From Chlamydiota bacterium (GTDB taxonomy: Bacteria; Chlamydiota; Chlamydiia; Chlamydiales; SM23-39): a DNA stretch of 22,798 bases. Both the position numbers and the translations under genes were made by a program. Below, one piece after another: positions 1-9,251 of this stretch. The DNA is taken from the NCBI GenBank assembly GCA_038534095.1, contig JBCAXK010000026.1:1-22798 (forward strand). The letters are read 5' to 3'. The notes under the pieces were generated by a model. The model did no database searches, was not told where the DNA came from, and saw only the letters and a list, made by a program, of their open reading frames with translations. Each line of letters begins with the position of its first letter. The first letter of the stretch is position 1.

Positions 1-395
1 CAGGGCGTTCTGACAAGAAAGATTTGATACGTCACCCTACAAACATCTTGTCTATTACACATCAAAAATCAAAATAAATAGTGTGTTTTTGTGCTCTACC
101 CAGGGTCATCGATGTCTTCGAAAACACCTTTCAGGGTAGATGCAAAACGCTCTACGTCGATATCTTCCTGTAACTATAAAAAATTCGAATGTTTCATTGG
201 TCTTTTGGGCATGTCATTTCTACTTTTCGGAAAAGGAATACACGAATATTCATTTGCTTTCTATCAAATCTTTCTTGTCAGAATGCCCTGGATGCTTCGT
301 AAGACTTTTTTAAGAAAAGAAATGTATACAGAAAAAAAGAGATCTCTTCTTAAAATAATCAAGGTTTTTTCTTTCTTTTCGCGCAAGGCTCGGAA

Positions 396-1985
396 ATGAG
401 AGAGGAAAAGGAATTTGTCTATAAAAGCTTTGAGGGCAGTATGACCTGCGCACCAGTAGGGGTATTCAATATGTACGCCATAACGCAATGCGTTAAAAAA
501 GAAATCAAGAAGGGCGGCGTGAAGTGGAGTAGGCCCGCGCTAGAGCTCTGCAATGCAGTGATCAAAAAAGTATCTGACGCGTTTAGACAGAAGATTTTTA
601 AGAGCGCTCGTTTCTTTCTTGATCAATATCAAAAAGTACATTCGGAGTTACAAGGATTCAAAGTAGACCAAGCGAGCGCTATTTCTCAAAAGCAGCAAAA
701 AGAGATCTGCGAAATTGTATGGAAAGCGTTTTTTACATTAACTCACGTGGTGTATTGTGAGTATCAGGAGCATTCTCAAGGTTACAGTAAGATGCTTCCT
801 TTGGGCTTGCTCATAAGAAAGTTGCGTAGTCAAAAAGTAGAGCAAAAGAGGGGCTATTTAGAGCGCCCTTCTGCAGAAAAAAAAGATTCAGAGATCGTTG
901 TAGACAAGGCTTCTACATTTTGGACATTCAAATTCATCGATGATTTCGTGCCACAGAATATCTTATCGTATGCATTTTTACCGGTACATCTAGGAAATAT
1001 TCAAGGATATGCCAACATGGAGAGATGGTTGCAAGAAAAAAATCTTGGAAAGTCGTTTGCTTCAGGAGCTAACGGAAATGTTTTTTGGTACAACGATCTC
1101 AAGAAAGGAAAGCTGTTTGTAGTCAAAGTCACAAGCGGGCTTCATAAAGAAAAGAGTATTGCTAGAAAACTTGCAACATTGCAGTGGCTAAAAAAGAATG
1201 TTTCTTCTCCTGATGTGATGCAAATGGTCGATTACTGCGTTGCTCGCGGAAAGTTGGCGGTGCAGCTCACGGTCCGATCCAAGCAGACTTTGTGGCGATT
1301 TATTTCCACCAACACAATCGATTACCGGGCATTTTCAAAGATCGTACGTGAGATAGTATTAGCGCTTACTGCCATGCATAAAGCTGACGTGGTGTATGGA
1401 GATCTGAAACCCGCAAATATCACATATAGCAAAGAAGAGGGGCTTTTATTCGTTGATACATCCGACGCTTTCATCAGAAAGAAACATCTTAGGAGATTGA
1501 TTGGCTCTCCGTCTCATCGCCCGTGGGAGCACTTTGTGGGAAATCCGATTGAACCTTCCTATGACATGTGGTCTTTGGGGGTCGTTATGGTTGAGCTCTT
1601 TAAGAAGAGTAATTTTCTCAGGATGGACGCGCCCTTGGTTGCGGGATTGAATAAGAAAAAGGTGTCCAAGGAGCATCTACAAGGATATTTTACATGTTTG
1701 GAAAAGGGGTTGCGAAATGAAGAATTGGTCAGACTGCAAGCAAAGATGAAGGAGCACGTTGCTACAAAGGGGATCGTATTGAATACGAATACACCTGAAT
1801 ACTGGGGAAAATACCTAAAACCCTTAGAGCGTTCTCCTAACGAGGAAAATGTCGTAAAATGTATCATTCAATCCTGTTTGCATATTGATCCTAAGCATCG
1901 GGTTACCGCTCCTAACCTCTTATCTTTTTTCATGGGAAAGCGTAGAGACGCTCAAAGCTTCTCTACAAGCCTTAGTAAACAGTAG
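396..1985 (+). CDS. Eukaryotic-like (Hanks-type) Ser/Thr protein kinase with divergent motifs and an unknown N-terminal domain; candidate secreted effector
   Basis: 529-aa ORF with kinase subdomains in order: Gly-loop FASGANGNVF, VVK (catalytic Lys), catalytic loop YGDLKPANI, FVDTS (DFG position), GSPSHRPWE (APE position), DMWSLGVV, CLHIDPKHR (subdomain XI Arg). No obvious TM segment. Confidence 0.88.
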   Translation: MREEKEFVYKSFEGSMTCAPVGVFNMYAITQCVKKEIKKGGVKWSRPALELCNAVIKKVSDAFRQKIFKSARFFLDQYQKVHSELQGFKVDQASAISQKQQKEICEIVWKAFFTLTHVVYCEYQEHSQGYSKMLPLGLLIRKLRSQKVEQKRGYLERPSAEKKDSEIVVDKASTFWTFKFIDDFVPQNILSYAFLPVHLGNIQGYANMERWLQEKNLGKSFASGANGNVFWYNDLKKGKLFVVKVTSGLHKEKSIARKLATLQWLKKNVSSPDVMQMVDYCVARGKLAVQLTVRSKQTLWRFISTNTIDYRAFSKIVREIVLALTAMHKADVVYGDLKPANITYSKEEGLLFVDTSDAFIRKKHLRRLIGSPSHRPWEHFVGNPIEPSYDMWSLGVVMVELFKKSNFLRMDAPLVAGLNKKKVSKEHLQGYFTCLEKGLRNEELVRLQAKMKEHVATKGIVLNTNTPEYWGKYLKPLERSPNEENVVKCIIQSCLHIDPKHRVTAPNLLSFFMGKRRDAQSFSTSLSKQ

Positions 1986-2260
1986 AAAATCCCAATCTTC
2001 ACGCCAAGGCTGAGATCAAACAATTGAGATACCTGTCGCAACTTGGGGGGCCGATGGCCGCTATTTGACGGGTCAATTGCTAAAAAGACACAAAATCTTG
2101 ATGAAAATAGCGTTTCATTTCGGGTGAAAAGGGGAGAGGAACGCTTCTTTCAATACGGTGGATTTGATGAGAGCAGGGGGAGCGCTCGGACAATATAGTG
2201 ATCAATACTTAGTTTTACCGATCGCTCTTTTTAGGGAATTTTTTTTGTTTTATCTTGCAT

Positions 2261-2289
2261 TTGTCTATCATCATAGTTATGGCTAAAAT
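2261..2289 (+). promoter_or_regulatory. Putative sigma66/sigma70 promoter of the large AsmA-like gene
   Basis: TTGTCT (2261-2266) - 17 bp - TAAAAT (2284-2289), 12 nt upstream of the ATG at 2302. Confidence 0.5.
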
Positions 2290-2301
2290 AAAGGGCCTGC
2301 C

Positions 2302-5300
2302 ATGATAAAACGTCTTTTTTTTCTCGTTCTTTTTCTTTGTAGTATCGTTAGCGCTATGTTTTGGAAGCAAGGGATGACGTTCCTTGGAGAGTATTTTGTA
2401 CAAAAAGCTTTTCAGGAACAGCTTGGAATCGCTTTCGAAAAAACGCAGGTGACCTACGTGTCAGGATCGTTTCTGTTTGATGAAGTGCGTTTAAAAAAAG
2501 TGGAGGGGGGCGCTCAGTATCTTTGCTCGATGAAGCAGATGCGGGTCAGTCCCTTTTGGAAGGATGGGACCTTTCAGTGTGATCTGTTTTTTTCTTCCCC
2601 AGACCTTCTTGTTGTGAAAGAGGAGGACTCCTTCGATGAGTGTTTACAATGCTTTTTCCCAAAAGCTATCCATATTGGATTAGACCAAGGCACTTTCACC
2701 TTAAAGGATCAGCAAACCAACAAAACGGTTTCTGGAGAAATATTTTCTTGTGAGAATGATCCCCATACCTACCGCATTTTGACCCAAGAATCCTCGTTAC
2801 TTTGTAATTTCACCGATCTTCATGAGGGTGTATCCGCGTCGGTGGATCTTCAGAAGATTGCTTTGAGCGAGGCGGCTACTTTGAGCACATTTTTTTGTGG
2901 ACAAGATACAAAGCATACAGAGATTTCTGGAAACGCATCAGGTTTATTGCAACTAACTTGGGAAAATAGCCGCGGATTTTCTTGCTTTATGGAAATGAAA
3001 GCAAAAGAATTATCTATCGAGAGAAAGGCGCATCGGTTAGAGACGGAAGACGCCTTTTTTACCTGCCAATTTCCTGTAGAAGAAGAGTGCTTTTGCCCCT
3101 TAGCCACCCTCTTTTTCCCAGGGCTAGAAAAAACGGCCCTATCGGCAGAGGTGCAAGGAGCCTCTCTTTATGTAGGGGAGTTATGCCATTTGGATCAGAT
3201 CCAAGGTAAGCTCTCTTTCATTCCAAGTATTGGCCCCAAAATGTACCTTTTTTCTACCGATCCTGAGGGGCGGATGGTTGCTTGGAATTTGCGGGGGTAT
3301 TTTCATAGTAAAAAAGCGAACTGGCTTGACGCTTCGGTCCAAGTCGATGGGGATGAGATTGTTTGTAAAGCGGTAGAAAAAAGCTCGGGGGGTATTGCTT
3401 TACGCTTCCTTTGCTCTGAGGTATCAAATGATAAATTCACTTCCTTACAAGAAACAGCGCGCTCTTTTTATGAAGCTTCTTTGCACCCTCTTTGTTTAGA
3501 AGGGACAACCAGTGTGGACGTATCTTTAGACTATGAAAGGGGATCTTGCACAAATCTCGAGGTGCATCAGATCCTTCTTGAAAACCTGGCTGTGACCATT
3601 CCAGAAAAAGAGGTGCGCCTATTTTCTGCGCTCTGCCACTTAGAAGGAAGCTACGATCTCAGTGATTCGACCTACGATTCCCTTTGCGCAAAAGGTACAA
3701 TAGAGGAGGGAAGTATAGGCTTTTCGGGGTATCTTGTTGAAAATGGCTCCACCACATGGACGATTGATCAGGGATACATTGTCCCCTCGAAAGGGTTTTT
3801 CACTTTAGCTGGCATCACGAATCATGTGGAAATTTCTGGAGCGGTCGACGAGTGTTCGTTAACAAGCCTTGTGAAAGGAAAAACAGGGGCGTTTTTTGAG
3901 CAGTATGGAGATTTTCCAGAAACGTTTGATCTTCCTTTAAGCGCTAGCATCTCACTCAAAAGAAAAAATGAAGAGGCGCTCATTTTTGGCAGCATGCAGC
4001 TTGGGGACGAGGAGATTTCCTTTGGTCTTGATCTTGGACTCACTTTGCAAGAGTGGTGTTCAGTCCACCATGGTTGGATGCGCGCAAAAGAGATTGATTT
4101 GCACCATTACCAAATCTTTTTCCCCAACATTTCTCTCTATGGTAACGCAGATGTTTCGATGCAGTACCAAAAAAAACGGGCCTACTTTGCCCTAAGCGGA
4201 TCGGGGTATTCTTTTGCAACAAAAGGAGTCACGCTCTCTTTGGATCGTACGAGCAATATTTCTTGTAGTTACAATTTTGCTCATCAGGGTTGGGATCTCG
4301 ATCTTCTGATGCAAGGAGCGAGTCTTTCGATAGCGCAGTATGGTTTTGTACTTGAGAATATTGAGGGGCCTCTTGTTATTAGAAACAATGTTCTTAAAGC
4401 TTTGAATATCGATGCAAAATGCGAAGAGCTTTCGATGGGAGGAGATGTCCATTTTGATTTTTCTCATGAGTTGCGGCTCGATCTTCATTGCAAGGAGCTC
4501 TCTGGCCCTATTGATTCTTTGCTGAGCTCTTTGGAAACGGCTACAAGAAGCGCTAAAGAGGAGATAGCTTTCCCAACGTTTTCTCATGGGGTCGTTAGCG
4601 CGTATGATGAAGGGTGCTTTTTATCCACCAATTTCTCCGATGAGTTTCTCTTTGGAGCCGACCTTTGTTTAGAACAAGGGGAGCTGACCCTCCATGATCA
4701 GGCTAAGCTCAAAGATATGCGCTGCAAAATTTCGTACCGGTCAAATGACCATTTGCCTTCTTACCTCACCTTCTCATCGGTTTTGGATTTGCATGGTCAA
4801 CAGTATCTATGCAAGGTTCCCTACGTATCGAAAAAAGCAGGAGGTACCTTTCTTTTTGATGTCCGCCTTGAAGAGGGGTATTGGGATCTTATGCGCACCT
4901 GCGGCTCTTTCCAAATGACTCCTTCGGGAGAGTGCGTTGTTACATTTACTCCTGGGAAAACGGAGCTTTTTGGAGAGAAATTAGCCATCAGCGATTGTCG
5001 GTTTCATCCAAAAATAGGCGCAGAGGGACTAACAGTGGCAGGCTCTTTCCCATTAGCTTCCCTTGTTGAGAAGATGCCTTTTGCTCTTTCCTGTTTGTGT
5101 TTGGATCACTACTCGCTTCCTACTCTGGACACCTCTTTACTGGATGGAACGGTTGAAGCGGCTTTGTCTTTCAGCGGAGAGACTACGTCTATTGAGATTG
5201 AAGGTAAGGATCTTGCGATTGAGGGGCAAACAATAGACCACCTTTTCATCAACGCCCATACGATTGCCGAAGGGTGGCGTTTCAATAGGTGCGCTGTAGA

Positions 5301-7119
5301 CGACTTTTCTGCCGCATTTTCTTGGCATCACACGAAAAATATTCCGCATTTTTTTCTCTACTGGCAAAACGAAAAGGTGGCCGAATTGGCTATTTCTCAT
5401 AAAGGCAAGGGGGCCTTTTTGATGGAGGTGAAGCAGGTGGAGATGGAGATCAATCGGTTGAAACGCTTCTTTCCACAGCTACAACCGATTATGGGAGAGA
5501 TCTCTGCTTCAGGCTACATCGATGCGGCGCTGCCTTCTAAGACACGGTCTTGGCAATTTGACTTGGATTTAGATATTGAGCCCCAAACGGTGCATTACCA
5601 AGATCGCTGGTCTTATAGTAACCATTCTCCTGTCCACTTATCCTACTCCTTGGAAGAGGGGCTTCTTGTGACCGGCTTAAATTTTAGCGCGTTAAGTCCC
5701 CACTTTGCGAGAGATGATCTGCGGTTCCAGGTGGGATCGTTGGCTTATGAAAAGGGGGATTACTTTTTCAAAGAGGTCTCTTTTTATGTTCCGCAAGATT
5801 TAGCGCTCGGCCTCTTAACGCCTTTACAGCTCCCCTCTACCTGCGTAGAGTGGATGGAAGAGATCACCGAGAGTGGAAATGACATTCGGATTTCAGCAGA
5901 CCTGCGCGTTAAAGAAACGGGCGACGGACTCTTTTGTACCATGGCAGAGCTGAGTATCCCTTTAGGAGAGGAAGCGTGCCGGTTTGAAGAACTCACGTTT
6001 TCCCTGACAAATGAAGCTTTCTATTCTGAATGCTACGTCCCTTTAGCCGATTCTTACTACCGTTTGCAAGCAGAAATCGAGCGGGGACACCCAGCTCGAG
6101 GTAGGCTTGTTTTTGAAGAGAGAGAGCTTAATGACCTGCCGCTTATTGTTACGTGGGAAATGGGGGAAGCAGGTCTTGTCCAGTGTCAAAGCATCCAAGG
6201 CGTGTTCTCCGGGATCGATGCCTCTTTTCACCAATCGGATCAAGAGCAGGTGCTTTCGGGGAGTTTGAAGGTAGACTTTTCCAAAGCAAGCGCCCTTTTC
6301 CCACAAACCGTTGCTGAAGCGATCAAGACCTACGATCTAGCGAGCGGCTATGAGTTTCGGGGGAAATTGCGTCTTGATCTGGAAAATTTGGATTACGCAT
6401 TTGACGGACTTTGTAGCGGGAAACAGTTTGAAGCGATGGGCTATACCTTCAAAACGTTGCTATCAAAGCTCCATGTCTCTTCAGGTAGTATGGTGTTTGA
6501 GGATCTCAAAATCAGCGACTCTTCAGGCATTGTGAAAATTCCGAAGATTGTGTGCAAACAAGAAGACGAAAATTGGGAACTTGCGATTCCAAAGATTGCT
6601 CTCGAAGAGTTTCGCCCCTCTCTGTTGCAGGAGGTTGGAAAGCCGCTTGGTCCGATTCAACCTCTTGTTGTGCGCGCTATGCAAATCGATGATTTACGCC
6701 TCAACCTCTCTGATCCAAGAGAATGCACGGCAGTAGGGGAGCTTACCTTCATCAACTCATTCAAAAGAGGGCATAGCGTGTTAGACATCCCTGCAGATAT
6801 TTTGGGAAGGATCTTTGGTTTGGATCTTGAGCTGCTCATTCCTGTGAAGGGAGATCTCTCCTTTTCTATTCGAGATGGGCGGGTGATTTTAACCGATTTG
6901 CGCAACAGCTTTTCTGAAGGGGGACGCTCCCAATTTTTTCTCGCAGAGAAACAGGGGGAGTTTCCGTTCATGGATTTAGACGGGGAGCTCAGCGTCTATA
7001 TAAAAATGAAGCAGTTTGTGTTATTCAAGTTTACTGAAAATTTTGTGATTTCTATTACAGGAAAGCTGCACGATCCGAAATTTGGTTTAGAGAGGAAGAG
7101 CAGCTTTTTTTCTTCATGA
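2302..7119 (+). CDS. Large envelope protein, probable AsmA-like/TamB/YhdP-type bridge-like (lipid-transfer) protein
   Basis: 1605 aa. Single N-terminal hydrophobic anchor (MIKRLFFLVLFLCSIVSAMFW), then long stretches of alternating hydrophobic beta-strand pattern, and C-terminal FVISITGKLHDPKF resembling the AsmA-like terminal 'I.Gtl.dP' motif. Coding status is near certain; the family is inferred. Confidence 0.65.
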   Translation: MIKRLFFLVLFLCSIVSAMFWKQGMTFLGEYFVQKAFQEQLGIAFEKTQVTYVSGSFLFDEVRLKKVEGGAQYLCSMKQMRVSPFWKDGTFQCDLFFSSPDLLVVKEEDSFDECLQCFFPKAIHIGLDQGTFTLKDQQTNKTVSGEIFSCENDPHTYRILTQESSLLCNFTDLHEGVSASVDLQKIALSEAATLSTFFCGQDTKHTEISGNASGLLQLTWENSRGFSCFMEMKAKELSIERKAHRLETEDAFFTCQFPVEEECFCPLATLFFPGLEKTALSAEVQGASLYVGELCHLDQIQGKLSFIPSIGPKMYLFSTDPEGRMVAWNLRGYFHSKKANWLDASVQVDGDEIVCKAVEKSSGGIALRFLCSEVSNDKFTSLQETARSFYEASLHPLCLEGTTSVDVSLDYERGSCTNLEVHQILLENLAVTIPEKEVRLFSALCHLEGSYDLSDSTYDSLCAKGTIEEGSIGFSGYLVENGSTTWTIDQGYIVPSKGFFTLAGITNHVEISGAVDECSLTSLVKGKTGAFFEQYGDFPETFDLPLSASISLKRKNEEALIFGSMQLGDEEISFGLDLGLTLQEWCSVHHGWMRAKEIDLHHYQIFFPNISLYGNADVSMQYQKKRAYFALSGSGYSFATKGVTLSLDRTSNISCSYNFAHQGWDLDLLMQGASLSIAQYGFVLENIEGPLVIRNNVLKALNIDAKCEELSMGGDVHFDFSHELRLDLHCKELSGPIDSLLSSLETATRSAKEEIAFPTFSHGVVSAYDEGCFLSTNFSDEFLFGADLCLEQGELTLHDQAKLKDMRCKISYRSNDHLPSYLTFSSVLDLHGQQYLCKVPYVSKKAGGTFLFDVRLEEGYWDLMRTCGSFQMTPSGECVVTFTPGKTELFGEKLAISDCRFHPKIGAEGLTVAGSFPLASLVEKMPFALSCLCLDHYSLPTLDTSLLDGTVEAALSFSGETTSIEIEGKDLAIEGQTIDHLFINAHTIAEGWRFNRCAVDDFSAAFSWHHTKNIPHFFLYWQNEKVAELAISHKGKGAFLMEVKQVEMEINRLKRFFPQLQPIMGEISASGYIDAALPSKTRSWQFDLDLDIEPQTVHYQDRWSYSNHSPVHLSYSLEEGLLVTGLNFSALSPHFARDDLRFQVGSLAYEKGDYFFKEVSFYVPQDLALGLLTPLQLPSTCVEWMEEITESGNDIRISADLRVKETGDGLFCTMAELSIPLGEEACRFEELTFSLTNEAFYSECYVPLADSYYRLQAEIERGHPARGRLVFEERELNDLPLIVTWEMGEAGLVQCQSIQGVFSGIDASFHQSDQEQVLSGSLKVDFSKASALFPQTVAEAIKTYDLASGYEFRGKLRLDLENLDYAFDGLCSGKQFEAMGYTFKTLLSKLHVSSGSMVFEDLKISDSSGIVKIPKIVCKQEDENWELAIPKIALEEFRPSLLQEVGKPLGPIQPLVVRAMQIDDLRLNLSDPRECTAVGELTFINSFKRGHSVLDIPADILGRIFGLDLELLIPVKGDLSFSIRDGRVILTDLRNSFSEGGRSQFFLAEKQGEFPFMDLDGELSVYIKMKQFVLFKFTENFVISITGKLHDPKFGLERKSSFFSS

Positions 7120-7658
7120 ACTTTCCGTTACTTTTCGTAGAAGAGTGCTTGCACTGCCATCAAGAAGCTAGCCAGCTTTTTTGTAGACGCTGTCAAGAAG
7201 AGGTGGCGTTTTTATTCCCCAAAGTTGCCGATCCAGACCGCCACCAAAAAACGACTCTTTTTTCTTCCCTAAGTCCCCTCTATAGCTTGTATCAGGCGAT
7301 GGAAAGGGGAAATTTGCACTACTACCTTTCTGGGTTTGTGAGCCTATGTTACTGGCAACTGCTCCATCTAGAGTGGCCTGTCCGAAAGATCTCCTACGTA
7401 AGCGCGAAGGGATGGTTTTCTTTATCGACGTTGCTTTTACGAGATATACGAAGATGTTTGATGAAAAAAGACTCGGCCTATCAAAAAAGTGAGCCGATGT
7501 TGCAGAAAAGGGTAAGGGGAAAAGCGGCTTGTAAGAGCGCGCTCATGATTTGCCGCGATCAGAAAGCGAGCAAAAAAATCCTAGAGAGGCCTAATACGTA
7601 TATCCTACAACTTTTTGACTTGGGTGAGATGGACCAAGAAGCTGCCTTTCTGCCATAG
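7116..7658 (+). CDS. Degenerate ComF-like protein (N-terminal double zinc ribbon, PRTase motif lost)
   Basis: ATGA overlap with the upstream stop. N-terminal CLHC-x8-CRRC resembles the ComF/GntX zinc ribbon and the size is ComF-like (180 aa), but there is no VDDxxTTG PRPP-binding motif. Confidence 0.55.
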   Translation: MNFPLLFVEECLHCHQEASQLFCRRCQEEVAFLFPKVADPDRHQKTTLFSSLSPLYSLYQAMERGNLHYYLSGFVSLCYWQLLHLEWPVRKISYVSAKGWFSLSTLLLRDIRRCLMKKDSAYQKSEPMLQKRVRGKAACKSALMICRDQKASKKILERPNTYILQLFDLGEMDQEAAFLP

Positions 7659-8958
7659 CGATTTGTCTTTCCCAAACAGCGTTTTTGGGGATCTCATTCT
7701 TCACGGTTTTCCAAGCGTGGAGCAAGGTGGAGTGGGTCTTGCCAAATTGAGATGCGATGCTTGTTAGAGAGTCTGTGATGTACTCTTTGGCAAGGTACAT
7801 AGCCGACTGCCTAGCCTGGGCGACGGTTTTTAGCCTCGAAGACCCTTTGATCTGTTGTACTTTGACTTCAAAAATGGCGCTGACGCAAGCAAGAATCTGG
7901 TCCACGGTCAAATGCTTCTGCGGATTCTTTTGCAGTAAGTTCCCCAGCACTTTTTCGACAACAGAGACGTTTAGATCTTTTTCTAGCAGTTTGGCGTACG
8001 CAGATAAACGGTTGACAGCCCCCTCAATTTGTCGCACGTTTTGATAAATATTCTCTGCTATGTAAAAAGCGACCTCATTGGAGAGGTTTAAGCTTTTCCT
8101 CTCCGCTTTGTACTGGACAATCGCGACCCTTGTTTCTAAATCGGGGACCATAACATTTGCAACAAGACCCCATTCCATGCGAGCGATCATCCGATCAGAT
8201 AGATGTAGCTCTGAGGGAGGATTGTCTGATGTGATCACAATTTGCTTATTTTGATGAATAAGGCTCTCAAAGGTGTTGCAAAACTCCTCTTCAAAATTGA
8301 GACGATTTTGCAAAAACTGGATATCATCTAACAAAAGCAGATCTAATGATCTGTAGTGTTTTTTCATCTGATCGACCGATTTTTTTCTGAGATGATCGAC
8401 AAGATCGTTGATGAAGGCTTCTGTCGTGATGCAGCCAATCCGTAACTTTTTGTGCTGCTTTCTTGCTTGATGCCCAATGCCATGAAGAAGATGGGTTTTT
8501 CCTAAACCGACCCCTCCATGAATGACAAGGGGGTTGTACGAGCGTCCCGGTTTTGCCGCTACGCCTACAGCAGCCGATTTGACAAATTGGTTGCTTGGTC
8601 CTTCGATGTAATTATCAAACGTATACAGCTGATTGAGGCCAGAAATAGGAGAAGGAGCTGTGATCCTGACGCTAGGCCGTTTTTTTTTTGCAGGCTCCCG
8701 AATTTCGAAGTGCAAAGAGAGCTTGCCAGAGTCACTTAAAGGCAAAAAACGGAGTAGCTCCTCTTTGAAATTTTCTAGTAGATACTCTTGGACAAAAATA
8801 TTCGGAACAGCAAGAACAACTTCTTCCTCCGATTCTCTGACCAAAGAAATGGGAGAAAGCCAGTTATTGAATTCCATCGCGTCGCATTTATCCTGCATGT
8901 ACGATAGGAACTGTGTCCAAGGCTTTTTCGGAGGAGCTCTGCGTTCAATCGTTGTCAT
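7591..8958 (-). CDS. dnaA: Chromosomal replication initiator DnaA (probably the chlamydial dnaA2/CT275-type paralog)
   Basis: Domain I FNNWLSP..VPNIF; YTFDNYIEGPSN; Walker A GGVGLGKT; Walker B LLLLDDIQFL; PDLETR; NVRQIEGA; domain IV ARQSAMYL..HSTLLHA. Start placed at ATG 8958 (alternative 8976). Confidence 0.97.
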   Translation of the reverse strand: MTTIERRAPPKKPWTQFLSYMQDKCDAMEFNNWLSPISLVRESEEEVVLAVPNIFVQEYLLENFKEELLRFLPLSDSGKLSLHFEIREPAKKKRPSVRITAPSPISGLNQLYTFDNYIEGPSNQFVKSAAVGVAAKPGRSYNPLVIHGGVGLGKTHLLHGIGHQARKQHKKLRIGCITTEAFINDLVDHLRKKSVDQMKKHYRSLDLLLLDDIQFLQNRLNFEEEFCNTFESLIHQNKQIVITSDNPPSELHLSDRMIARMEWGLVANVMVPDLETRVAIVQYKAERKSLNLSNEVAFYIAENIYQNVRQIEGAVNRLSAYAKLLEKDLNVSVVEKVLGNLLQKNPQKHLTVDQILACVSAIFEVKVQQIKGSSRLKTVAQARQSAMYLAKEYITDSLTSIASQFGKTHSTLLHAWKTVKNEIPKNAVWERQIAMAERQLLGPSHPSQKVVGYTY

Positions 8959-9214
8959 TTTTCTTATGAAACTCATCTACTTTAATGAAACCTTAACATG
9001 GGAAATTTATACGTCGCAACAAAATAATCTTGATCAAAGGACATCTCTTCGAGGCTTAATAGGTTAGAAATTTTGAGAGGATAAGTTTCCTTTTCTATTC
9101 TTGCTTTTTGAGAAAATCGATCCACAAAATGCCTTGCCGGGAGGCGAATATGGGCTTCATTTAGGATCTAGCCCGTTTTGTATCTAAAACTGCGCGGCCC
9201 CTACCTAGGGTTTT

Positions 9215-9251
9215 TGTGAAGAACAGTTGTAGATAAACGGTTTATAGATAA
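9215..9251 (-). promoter_or_regulatory. DnaA-box-like cluster upstream of dnaA (probable autoregulation)
   Basis: Minus-strand TTCTTCACA (9215-9223) and TTATCTACA (9228-9236) each have 1 mismatch to TTWTNCACA; TTATCTATA (9243-9251) has 2 mismatches. Confidence 0.5.

Noticed and set aside
1..40. Imperfect inverted repeat AGGG..TGAC/GTCA..CCCT at the window edge (possible IS end)
   Set aside because: Short and imperfect, with no partner end or transposase in the window.
91..488. ORFs 91-399 (+) and 264-488 (-)
   Set aside because: Low-complexity F/K/L-rich translations of AT-rich upstream DNA with no motifs; the second overlaps the kinase.
1535..1543. A further TGTGGGAAA copy inside the kinase gene
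   Set aside because: Single isolated copy in coding sequence, which is plausible by chance.
7757..9067. Plus-strand ORFs 7757-8044, 8518-8739 and 8633-9067
   Set aside because: Antisense shadows of dnaA.
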